NCBI RefSeq assembly: GCF_009914755.1
Contig: NC_060947.1
Reading direction: 5' to 3' (one strand)
Source: the human T2T-CHM13v2.0 reference genome, Homo sapiens
Length of the DNA: 64,000 bases
In this document: positions 14,745-27,852 of the stretch, one piece after another
Layout: every line of letters begins with the position of its first letter
Numbering within the stretch: the stretch's first letter is position 1
The notes under the pieces: generated by a model
Seen by the model: the letters and a program-made list of their open reading frames with translations, nothing else
Told to the model about the DNA's origin: nothing
Database searches by the model: none
Position numbers and translations under genes: made by a program

Positions 14745-14970
14745 ACACTGTGGAAAGAGCTGGAATAATACAGACCTGATTTCAAACCCTGCCTCCACAA
14801 ACTAACACTGAACTTTTAGTAATTTTTTTTCTGGGGTTTGGTTTCATACTCTGTAGAATATAGATACCAATATCTACTGAGCAGATTTGTTATGTAAGTG
14901 AGTTAAAGTACAAAAAGAAACCAGTACCTGTCACTTAGTAGGTACTTAGGAATGTATAGCTATTGCTTAT
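14745..14970 (+). mobile_element. MIR
   Basis: GTGGAAAGAGC...CAGACCTGATTTCAAACCCTG...TTTCATACTCTGTAGAAT...CCTGTCACTTAGTAGGTACT. Confidence 0.7.
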
Positions 14971-15169
14971 ATATTGTTTTTATTTGTTACCAATTTATCA
15001 GGTATTATTTCATGTTATTATGTTTTAGGTATTGTTACTTTATGTAAAATCTTTGAATAGGTTGATGGCAATACTTAAGGACTTTTTCTTGAAGTCCTAA
15101 TCTTAGAAAGAATGCCCTTTCTACTATTAGCCACAACGAAGTGACATTTCAAGTCTCCTATGGAATACA

Positions 15170-15287
15170 GTATCAGAGCTGGGAAGACTTTTAAATATTA
15201 TCAGGCCCAACCTGCTTATTTATTGCAAAGATGACAGTGAGGTCAAAAAAGGGAAATTGATCTGTTCAAGGATACAAGTGTTAGATT
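15170..15287 (-). mobile_element. MIR3/MIRc fragment
   Basis: CAGAGCTGGGAAGAC...CCCAACCTGCTTATTT...GTGAGGTCA...TGTTCAAGGATACA. Confidence 0.55.
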
Positions 15288-15289
15288 AA

Positions 15290-16210
15290 CTCCTTTTTGA
15301 GGTACTCCCTTCTCTAGATTTCCATAACATCATGCTCACCTGGTTCTCCTGCTAGCTGCCTCTCAGTTTCCTTTGCTGGTTCATTTTCTTCTGCGTGTCC
15401 TTTAAATGCTGGTGTTTCTCGAGGTTCTGTTCCAGGCTCTTTTCTCTTCTCAGTCTATACAACCTTCTTTGATAATATTTGATATCTTTGATAATCTTCC
15501 CTACATTTCTATCACTCTGCTAATTGCATCCAAATCCCTTCTAAGTTCTCAACTTCATCCTGTTGTCCACATTTCTATTCAGTATCTCTATTTCAGCATC
15601 ACACAGATAACCAAAGATCAACATATCCAATACTCAACTAATCATTTTCCTTTCTGGCCCATTCCCAAGAAGCTGCTAATCTTTCTATATACCTTATTTT
15701 AGTATGTGGCACTATCATTAACTCAACTGACAAAGTCAGAAACACGGCAATCATTCTAGATCCCGTCTCCCTTACAATTTCCCAACCCCTCATTCAATTT
15801 GTTAGTAAGATATGTGTGGACTAGTCCTGGCCGTTAATCATCTCTTGCCTGTACCGCTGTAATTACCTACAAATTTATCTCCTAGCATACACTATTAGAC
15901 CCTCCCCCATACAGCCTCCATACTCTAGCCAGAGAGATGTCTTTAAATATATACAAATAATGTCACTTATCTGCTGAAATCATTCAGTAACACCTGCTTC
16001 TCTTGAGATAAATTCTCACCTCTTCAAATGGCTTACAGATCTCTACACGATCTGCTCCTACTTACCTTTCCAGCTTCTTATCCCTCTCCATTCCACTCCA
16101 CGCATTTTATGCTCTATTCAAACTGTATTACTTGTTATTTCCATAGCACAAGACACAGTATCTAGTGCATATTAGGTGCTCAAAAAGTGCTTGTTGATTA
16201 AATGAATGAA
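15290..16210 (+). mobile_element. L2 LINE 3' portion
   Basis: pyrimidine-rich L2 ORF2 motifs and terminal TAGGTGCTCAAAAAGTGCTTGTTGATTAAATGAATGAA. Confidence 0.8.
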
Positions 16211-16304
16211 CCAGGTACAATATATAGGTATCCTGATAGTTCAAAGCATTTTTGCTATGTTATTCTGCTAGTTATACAGAGAAGACTTAAGATTTTATAT
16301 TTCT

Positions 16305-16602
<298 letters not shown>

Positions 16603-17536
16603 TTATATTTCTTCCCTTCCTGCTCTTTGCCATGATCATGTTGCTGCTTCCTACTTAGCATGCTTCATGCTTCTCTATCTTTGAGTCTTCTGTTCAATGG
16701 TCATTAGTCTGCACTTATCAGCTCTAATTACACAATAGTGAATAGTGAGCCTAGATTCAAGTAATAAAACAAGCTCTTCTCTTTGATCAAATCATATCAT
16801 TCTGCATTACTTTCTATGTCTTGTGATTTAGCATTACTTGAAATTTATACTATGGAGTAGAAATAAGATCACTCTAATATGAGCAAGTCCATGACTCAAA
16901 TTGCCCCAGACCATTTGTGATCCTGGGAGAATTTTGGTGAGAACTGTCTTCAGAACTTGAGATCAGAGATTTCTGTACCTAGTAACAAGCTTCTGTTACA
17001 TTTTCTTTTAAAACTCGTCATTAAGAACTTATCTGAGAATGAATAACTTCTTTCCTTCTCTTGTAGGAGTTTAATGATCTTGCAAATTAATGACTGATTG
17101 AATATTATTAAGCTTTTTAAAGGTTGAAAATGTAAAATGAAAATGACTTTTCAGAGGCATTTCTTTTTTCTTGGCTTCACAGCCCATGACTATGACTAGT
17201 AATCATAAATTAATGTAACAATACAGGCTGCTCACTGGACTGCATTTAGCTCCGCCTCCCTCCCTTCTCCTTTGACTTTCTTCTCCTCCCTCCCTCTAAT
17301 TTTATATAGCACGTTTACCCACTCCAACGCAAACACACAATCATTTCCTGCTGCCTTGCTTTTTCTTCTTGCTGCTGCTTCTCAATACAACGAATGGTGT
17401 GGGTATAGCATTGTGTGTTTGTGTGTTAGCATATGTTTGTGTCTCAGAGGAAGTAGAAAAGCAGTGAGAATAGCAATGCCTTTGATCTAAAGAAATTTGC
17501 AAGCTAAGACAAAGTATGTTTGCTTCCTCATTCTTG

Positions 17537-17558
17537 CACACACACACACACACACACA
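17537..17558. repeat. (CA)n microsatellite
   Basis: ~11 CA units. Confidence 0.95.
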
Positions 17559-17574
17559 ACACAAAATCCAGGAT

Positions 17575-17675
17575 TATCAGAACTGTAAGAAAGCTTAGAG
17601 AACATTTGGATTTTCACGTGGGGCAACTGAGACTCAGAAATATGAAGTGACTTGCATACACTAGAGCTCAAGCCC
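17575..17675 (-). mobile_element. MIR/MIR3 fragment
   Basis: GGGGCAACTGAGACTCAGAAATATGAAGTGACTTGC. Confidence 0.6.
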
Positions 17676-18017
17676 ATCACAGTTTTATGTACAGAAGGCA
17701 TAGCAGATGTGGTAAGTTAATGTGGTGAATATATATTTTTAGTTCAAGGGGTTTTCTGAGAAAGAATGTGAGGTAAGTACACAATTAAAGTGTGTGTATA
17801 TAGTTATGAGAGCTCTATTTCAAAGTTTGTGTTGAGGGAGGGATGTGCAGTAAAATGTTTCCAATGTTTGTGCTTTTGTTAAAATGTCCATAGTTACCTT
17901 ATACTTGCTTTGATACTGTCATCAACTATTTTACATGTGGAAATCATTAATCTTGGAACTTTCCAGAGAGAGTTTCGAGCTTTATAGAATATGCTGCATA
18001 CATCCAAACAATGAAGG

Positions 18018-21000
18018 AATATATATTATATATAATATATATATTATATAGAATATATATATTATATATAATATATATACATTATATATAATATATATTA
18101 TATATTATCTATACATAATATATAATATATATATTATATATTATCTATACATAATATATAATATATATTATATATTATCTATACATAATATATAATATAT
18201 ATTATATATTATCTATACATAATATATAATATATATTATATATTATCTATACATAATATATAATATATATTATATATTATCTATACATAATATATAATAT
18301 ATATTATATATTATCTATACATAATATATAATATATATTATATATTATCTATACATAATATATAATATATATTATATATAATGTATACATAATATATAAT
18401 ATATATTATATATTATCTATACATAATATATAATATATATTATATATTATCTATACATAATATATAATATATATTATATATTATCTATACATAATATATA
18501 ATATATATTATATATTATCTATACATTATATATAATATATATTATATATTATCTATACATTATATATAATATATATATTATATATTACATATAATGTATA
18601 GATAATATATAATATATATAATCTATACATTATATGTAATATATATTATATATATTATCTATACATTATATGTAATATATATTATATATATTATCTATAC
18701 ATTATATGTAATATATAATATATATATTATCTATACATTATATATAATATATATTATATATATATAATATATATTATATGTATTATGTATAATATATATA
18801 ATATATATTATATATATATAATATATATTATATGTATTATGTATAATATATATAATATATATTATATATTATATATACATTATATATATTATATATACAT
18901 TATATATAATATATATGTTATATATACATAATATATATAATATATATAATATATTATGTATAATATATTATATATAATATCTTATATATAATATATTATA
19001 CATAATATATTATTTATAATATCTTATATATAATATATTATATATACATAATATATAATATGTAATATATTACATACATAATATATATAATGTATTATAT
19101 ATACATAATATATTACATATACATAATATATATATTATATATACATAATATATTATACGCATAATATATATAATATATTATACGCATAATATATATAATA
19201 TATTATACACACATAATGTATATAATATATTATACACACATAATGTATATAATATATTATACACACATAATGTATATAATATATTATATACACATAATGT
19301 ATATAATATATTACATACACATAATGTATATAATATATTACATACACATAATATATATAATATATTACATACACATAATATATATAATATATTACATACA
19401 CATAATATATATAATATATTATATACACATAATATATATGATATATACACATAATATATATGATATATACACATAATATAATATATACATAATATATACA
19501 ATACATTATATACATAATATATATAATATATGATATACATAATATATATAATATATTATATACATAATATATATAATATATTATATACCTAATATATACA
19601 ATATATTATGTACCTAATATATACAATATATTATGTACCTAATATATATATTATATACATTATATATATAATATATTATATATATAATATATATAATGTA
19701 TTATGTATACATAATACATTATATATACATAATATATATATTATATATACATAATATATTATATATACATAATGTATATGATATATAACATACATAATAT
19801 ATAATATATATAATATATTATATATACATAATATATACGATATGTATAATATAGTATATATACATAATATATATGATATATATAATATATAGTATATATA
19901 CATAATATATATGATATGTATAATATAGTATATATACATAATACATATGATATGTATCATACAGAGTATACATGCATAATACATATGATATGTATCATAC
20001 CGAGTATAAATGCATAAAACATATGATATGTATCATACCGAGTACACATGCATAATACATATGATATGTATCATACCGAGTACACATGCATAATACATAT
20101 GATATGTGTCATACCGAGTACACATGCATAATACATATGATATGTGTCATACCGAGTACACATGCAGAATACATATGATATGTATCATACCGAGTACACA
20201 TGCACAATACATATGATATGTATCATACCGAGTACACATGCATAATACATATGGTATTTATCATACCGAGTACACATGCATAATACATATGATATGTATC
20301 ATACATATTTTATATACATAATTACATATATACATATATGTACATATATACATAATATATACATTATATACATAATATATATAATATATATAAATTATAT
20401 ATACATAACATATAGTATATATAAAATATAATATATATTATATATACATTATGTATGATATATATAATATATACATTATGTATAATATATATAATATATG
20501 ATATATACATTAGATATATAATATATAATATATGTTATACATACATTATATATAATATATAATATATATTATATATACATTATATATAATATATAATATA
20601 TATTATATATACATTATATATAATATATAATATATATTATATATACATTATATATAATATATAATATGTATTATATATACATTATATATATTATATATAA
20701 TATATTATATATACATTATATATAATATATAATATATATTATATATACATTATATATAATATATAATATATATTATATATATACATTATATATAATATAT
20801 ATTGTATATAATATATATAATATATATACATTATATATAATATATATTGTATATAATATATAATATATATATAATATATATTGTATATAATATATATAAT
20901 ATATATATAATATATATTATATATAATATATATAATATATATATAATATATATAATATATATAATATAATATATATAATATATATACATTATATATGATA

Positions 21001-23932
21001 CATATTATATAATATATATAATAAATATACATTATATATAATACATATTATATAATATATATAATATATATACATTATATATAATATATATTATATAATA
21101 TATATAACATATATACATTATATATAATATATTTTGTATAATATACATAATATATAATATATAATATATTTTCTAATATATATAATATATAATATATTAT
21201 ATAATATATATAATATATAATGTATAATATATATTGTATATAATATATTATATATAATATATATAATATATAATACATAATATATAATATATAATATATA
21301 TAATATATAATATATAATATATAATATATATAATATATAATACATAATATATAATATATATAATATATAACATATATTATGTATACATTATATATAATAT
21401 ATAACATATATGATATATATATCTTATATAATATATATATTATATATACAATATATAAATATAAAATATATATGTTATGTATACATTATATATAATATAT
21501 AATATATATATTATGTATACATTATATATAATATATAATATATACATTATGTATACATTATATATAATATATAATATACATATTATGTATACATTATATA
21601 TAATATATAATATATACATTATATGTATATTATATAAAATATATAATATATACATTATATGTACATTATATATAATATATACATTATATGTACATTATAT
21701 ATAATATATAATATATACATTATATGTACATTATATATAATATATAATATATACATTATATGTACATTATATATAATATATAATATATACAGTATATATA
21801 ATATATATTATTTATACATTATATGTAATATATAATGTATACATTATATGTAATATATAATGTATACATTATATGTAATATATAATGTATACATTATATA
21901 TAATATATATTATTTATACATTATATATAATATATACATATATATAATATATATGTATATATAATATATAATATATAATATGTATTATATATAATGTATG
22001 TATAATATATATTATATATTATATATATTATGTATAATATATATTATATATTATATATATTATGTATAATATATATTATATATTATATATATTATGTATA
22101 ATATATATTATATATTATATATATTATGTATAATATATATTATATATTATATATATTATGTATAATATATATTATATATTATATATATTATGTATACATA
22201 ATTACATATATATGTACATATATACCTAATATATACATTATATACATAATATATATAATACATATATAAGATATATTATATATACATAATATATATTTTC
22301 TATAATATATATTATGTACACATAATATATTATATATATATTATGTACACATAATATATTATATATATATTATGTACACATAATATATTATATATAATAT
22401 ATATTATGTACACATAATATATTATATATAATATATATTATGTGTACATAATATATATAATATATATTATGTGTACATAATATATAATATATAATATATA
22501 TTATGTGTACATAATATATATAATATATATTATGTGTACATAATATATATAATATATATTATGTGTACATAATATATATAATATATATTATGTGTACATA
22601 ATATATATAATATATATTATGTGTACATAATATATATAATATATATTATGTGTACATTATGTACATAATATATATAATATATATTATGTGTACATAATAT
22701 GTATAATATATATTATGTGTACATTATATGTATAATATATATTATGTGTACATTATATATAATATATAATGCGTACATAATATATATAATATCTATTATG
22801 TGTACATAATATATATAATATATATAATATCTATTATGTGTACATAATATATATAATATCTATTATGTGTACATAATATATATAATATCTATTATGTGTA
22901 CATAATATATATAATATGTATTATGTGTACATAATATATATAATATCTATTATGTGTACATAATATATATAATATCTATTATGTGTACATAATATATATA
23001 ATATCTATTATGTGTACATAATATATATAATATCTATTATGTGTACATAATATATATAATATCTATTTTGTGTACATAATATATATAATATCTATTATGT
23101 GTACATAATATATATAACATATATAATATCTATCATGTGTACATAATAGATATTATATATATTATATGTATTATGTGTACATAATAGATATTACATATAT
23201 TATATATATTATGTGTACATAATAGATATTACATATATTATATATTTTATGTGTACATAATAGATATTATCTATATAATATCTATTATGTGTACATAATA
23301 TATATAATATATATAATATTTATTATATATACATAATATGCATAATATATATAATATATATTATACATATAATATATATAATATATATTATATATATAAT
23401 ATATATTATACATATAATATATATAATATATATTATACATATAATATATATAATATATATTATATATATAATATATATTATATGTACAATATTATATGTA
23501 TAATATATATTATACATATAATATATATTATATATATTATACATATAATATATAAGATATATTATACATATAATATATATTATATATATTATATGTATAA
23601 TATATCTTATATATTATATGTATAACATATATAATATATATTATATGTATAATATGTATAATATATATTATATATAAAATATATATAATATATATATTAT
23701 ATACAATATATATTATGTATACATAATATATACATAATATATATTATGTATACATAATATATACATAATATATATTATATATACATTATATATACATAAT
23801 ATATTTAATAATTTATACATAATATATATTATATATACATATTATATACATAATATATATAATTATTATATAATATATAATATGTATATATAAAATATAT
23901 ATATATAAATACATATATAATATATATATATG
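18018..23932. repeat. ~5.9 kb (TA)n-derived compound VNTR with sub-arrays of 34, 27, 38, 34, 36, 32 and 29 bp period
   Basis: periods counted from spacing of rare C/G bases, e.g. C at 18145/18179/18213/18247 (34), G at 19218/19245/19272 (27), CCGAG at 20000-20266 (38), G at 22000-22192 (32), GTGTAC at 22442/22471 (29). Confidence 0.97.
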
Positions 23933-24065
23933 TAGGGTGACCGTACATCCTGTTTTTCCTAAGAGAGTCCTCATTTATGCCTGTTGACTGAGCATCCCAT
24001 CTAGTTAGTGCCCTCTTTCGCTGTCAATAGTGTCACAATTTGGACAAAAAAAATATGATACCCTA
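23933..24065 (-). mobile_element. MER94 (hAT-Blackjack MITE)
   Basis: TIR TAGGGTGACC ... TATGATACCCTA; internal TTTATGCCTGTTG, GTGTCACAATTTGGAC match recalled MER94 reverse complement. Confidence 0.85.
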
Positions 24066-24973
24066 TGTATAAGCCACAATGAGGTGAGAAACAGAATCCT
24101 TAACTTATTTTCAATTCCTATAATATTCCGGAACAGATTGTACCTCTAATTAGTGTGCTGAGTGCTAAGAAATAATTTACTATTAGTTCTCATAATTATA
24201 ATGCATTTTATGCATATGCAGTCCCTTCAGTGGAATATCTCAGAGTGCTTTATGAAGCATCACATTTTTGTAACATTTGTAATATTACTCCAAAATTACC
24301 GATGACATCTTTAGCAGAAAGGTTAAATGATTTGTGTAAGGTCACATGTCAATTTAGATGGTAGCAAATCTGAAAATATCATGGACACTAATTATCTAAC
24401 ATTGTAATAGCCCTTCTCTTGGCAGAGTTATTTATTACAACTCTATGAGCTGGGTAAGTTTTATTTTAGATGGGCTAAAAGACTCACTATATTTTAAAAT
24501 AGAATAAGAGAATTTTAACACGTGTTGGCAAATATATTTTGTGAAAGTAATTGTGGTCTGCAGACTGTGAGATACAGTCTTTTCTGGTAAGGGTTAACAG
24601 TCATTTGAAATCTCTAGTTAACACTATTTTTCCAAGGGCTCCACTAGACAACATGCTCCCTCCTATGCAGCACATAACCTCAGTCCTGCTTTACCTAGAT
24701 AAGCCAGACCATCAAGTGGAAGCAGATTCAATTTATTGTTCTGCATAGATACATTTGTATGAATCCTAGTCCAATCTAATCTCCTGTTATAAAGGGAAAG
24801 GCATACCTCTTCTTGTGTAAAGATATTTACTTCACCATGGGGTCTCATTCTATTCCATCTTTTCAGAATTCTGATCCATAGATTAATCTGTATTTTCTCC
24901 TGTAATGTAAGCTTTCATTTCTTATCAGATCTTTCCACTAGGCTTTACACGTGGTAAATTCTCTTTCATCTTA

Positions 24974-25005
24974 AAATAAAATAAAATAAAATAAAATGAA
25001 ATAAA
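24974..25005. repeat. (TAAAA)n simple repeat
   Basis: direct reading. Confidence 0.9.
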
Positions 25006-25386
25006 CCAAAGAAAAGCAATGCTCTCATAACTTAATATTCTCTGCTACAAACTTAACTGTGTTCTCCCCTGTCTAGACAGCTAATTCATATGCACTGAAT
25101 TTTCTCCATCGTCTACTTTCAATTCATTCCTTTTTACCATCTTCCTGCAGAATTCTGGATTCATCCCTTACCATTTCAGCAGGCCAGGAAAAAATTACAC
25201 TTTTCTTTGATTCAAATCTAAAGAACACTTTTTAGTCCTAATATGAGCACAAAAACCACACCAGTCTTATGTTTATGGTGAGAACTAAATGACATAATAC
25301 AATAAAAGCTCTTAGACCACTAGATGGTAAAGAGTAAACAGCTAGTTATTGTACATAATTTCATCACCACAGCCACCATCATCATC

Positions 25387-27774
25387 ATTTTTTAATTAAA
25401 TTTTAAATTTCTGTGGCCACATAGTAAGTATATATATTTATGAGATACAGGAGATATTTTGATACAGGCATGCAATGTGAAATAATCACATCATGGAAAA
25501 TGGAATACCTATCCCCTCAAGTATTTATCTTTTGTGTGACAAACAATCCAATTATACTCTTTTGATTATTTTTAAATATACAATTAAATTATTATTGGGT
25601 ATAGTCATCCTGCCATCCTATCAAATACTAGGTATTATTCATTCTTACTATCTATATATTTTGTACTAACTAAATATTCCACCTCCCCACTACCTCCCCA
25701 AACTACTCTTCCCAGGCTCTGGTAGCCATCACTGTACTGCATATCTCCAGGAGTTCAATTGTTTCGATTAGATTCCACAAATAAGGGAAAACATGCAATG
25801 TTAATTTTTCAGGACCTAGGTTATTTCACTTAACGTAATGACCTCCAGTTCCAACCATGTTGTTGCAAATGACAGGATCTTATTTTTTATGGCTACATAG
25901 TACTCCACTGTGTAAAAGTAATAGTTTCTTTATCCATTCATTTGGTGGTGGACATTTAGATTGCTTCCAAATATTGGCTATTGTGAACAGTGCTGCAACA
26001 AACATGGGAGTACAGATACCTCTTTAATATTTGGATTTTTTTTATTCTGGGTATATACGAAGCAGTGGGACTGCTGGATCATATGGTAGTTCTGTTTTTA
26101 GTTTTGAGGAGCCTCCAAACTGCTCTCCTGAGTGGTTGTACTAATTTACATTCCCACCAAGTGTACAAGGGTTCCCCTTTCTCCATCTCTTCACCAGTAT
26201 TAGTTATTGCCTGCCTTTTAGATACAAGGCATTTTAGCTGGAGTGAGATGATATCTCACTGTAGGTTTGATTTGCATTTCAGTGATGATTAATGATGTTG
26301 AGCACCTTTTCATATGCCTATTTGCCATTTGTGTGTCTTCTTTTGAGAAATTTCTATTGAAATCTTTTTCCCATTGTTTGATTAGATTATTAGATTTTTT
26401 CCTATAGAATTGTTTGGGCTCTGTACATATTCTGGTTATTATTAATCCTTTGTCAGAGGGGTAGTGTGCAAATAAATTTTTCCCATTCTGTGGTTTGTCT
26501 CTCCACTATGTTGATTCCTTCCATGCTGTGCAGAAGCTTTTTAACTTGATGTGTCCCATTTGTCTATTCTTGCTTTGGTTGCTTGTGCTTGTGGGGAATT
26601 ACTCAATAAATTTTTGTCCAGACCAGTGTCCTAGATATTTTCCCCGATGCTCTCAGGTAGTAGTTTCATAGGGTGAGATCATAGATTAAGTATTTAATCC
26701 ATTTTGATTTGATTTTTGTATATGGTGAAAGATGGGGGTCTAATTTCATTTTTCTGTATGTGGATATGCAGTTTTTCCAGCACCATTTGTTGAAGAAATT
26801 ATCTTTGTCTCAGTGTATTTTCTTGGCACCTTTCTCAAAAATGAGTTTGCTGCACGTGTGTGGATTTGTTTATGGATTGTTTATTCCATTAGTCTATGTG
26901 TCTGCTTTTATGCCAGAACCATCCTTTTTAGTAAAAATAGCTCTTTAGTATAATTTGAAGTCAGGTAATGTAATTCCTCCAGTTTTCTTTTTGCTTAGAA
27001 GAGGTTTGAATATTCTTGATGTTTTGTGGAGAGCGTTGGATATACTTGATCTTTTGTGTTTCCATATACATTTTAGGATTTTTTTCTGTTTCTGTGAATA
27101 ATGTCATTGGTAGGTTGATAGAGATTGCATTTGGGTGTTATCAACATTTAAGCAATATTTATTCTTCTAATCCAAGAAAGTGTACCACCACTCCATTTTT
27201 TAGTATCTTCTTCAGTGTTTTTTAGTTCTCATTATAGACACCTTTTGATTATTTTGTTAATTCTTTGGTATTTAATTTTATTTGTGATTATTTTAAATGG
27301 GATTAGATTTTTGATTTACTTTTCAAATTGTTCGATGTTGGCATCTAGGAATGCTACTGATTTTGTGTTAAATTTTTTATCCTGTAATTTAAAGAATGTA
27401 TCAGTTCTAATTGTTTTTCAGTTGGATATTTTAGATTTTTTTCAAATATAAGATCATATCATCTACAAACAAAAATAATTTGACTACATCCATTCCAATT
27501 CAGATGTGCTTTATTTCTTCTCTTGTCTGTTTGCTCTAGTGAGGGCTTCCAGTACTATGTTGAATAACAGTAGTGAGAGTGGGCATCCTTGTTGCGTTCC
27601 AAATCTTTAAAAAAAAAGACTTTCAGTTTTACCCCATTCAGTGTGATACTAGCTGAAAGTCTGTTGTGTATGGCTTTTATTATGTTATGTTCCTTCTAAC
27701 ACACAATGTTTTGAGGGTTATTGTTATGAAGGGATTTTGAATGTTATGATATGCTACTCCAGCATCAATTGCAA
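25387..27774 (-). mobile_element. 5'-truncated L1MA2-like LINE-1
   Basis: 3' end GATACAGGCATGCAATGTGAAATAATCACATCATGG...ATCCCCTCAAG followed by antisense ORF2. Confidence 0.9.
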
Positions 27775-27784
27775 TACTTATATG

Positions 27785-27852
27785 TTTTTTGGATTCTGGG
27801 AAACATGTGCAGAACATGCAGGTTCGTTACATAGGTATACACATGCCATGGT
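27785..27852 (-). mobile_element. ~70-bp extreme 3' terminus of an L1PA7/8-like element
   Basis: TTCTGGGAAACATGTGCAGAACATGCAGGTTCGTTACATAGGTATACACATGCCATGGT. Confidence 0.8.

Noticed and set aside
19943-20303. Regular ~38-bp repeats with internal palindromes resembling a CRISPR array
   Set aside because: Units are head-to-tail with no unique spacers, no cas genes, and the context is primate DNA; it is a minisatellite.
19153-23625. Y/I-rich ORFs of 70-120 aa
   Set aside because: Translation artefacts of TA-rich tandem repeats.
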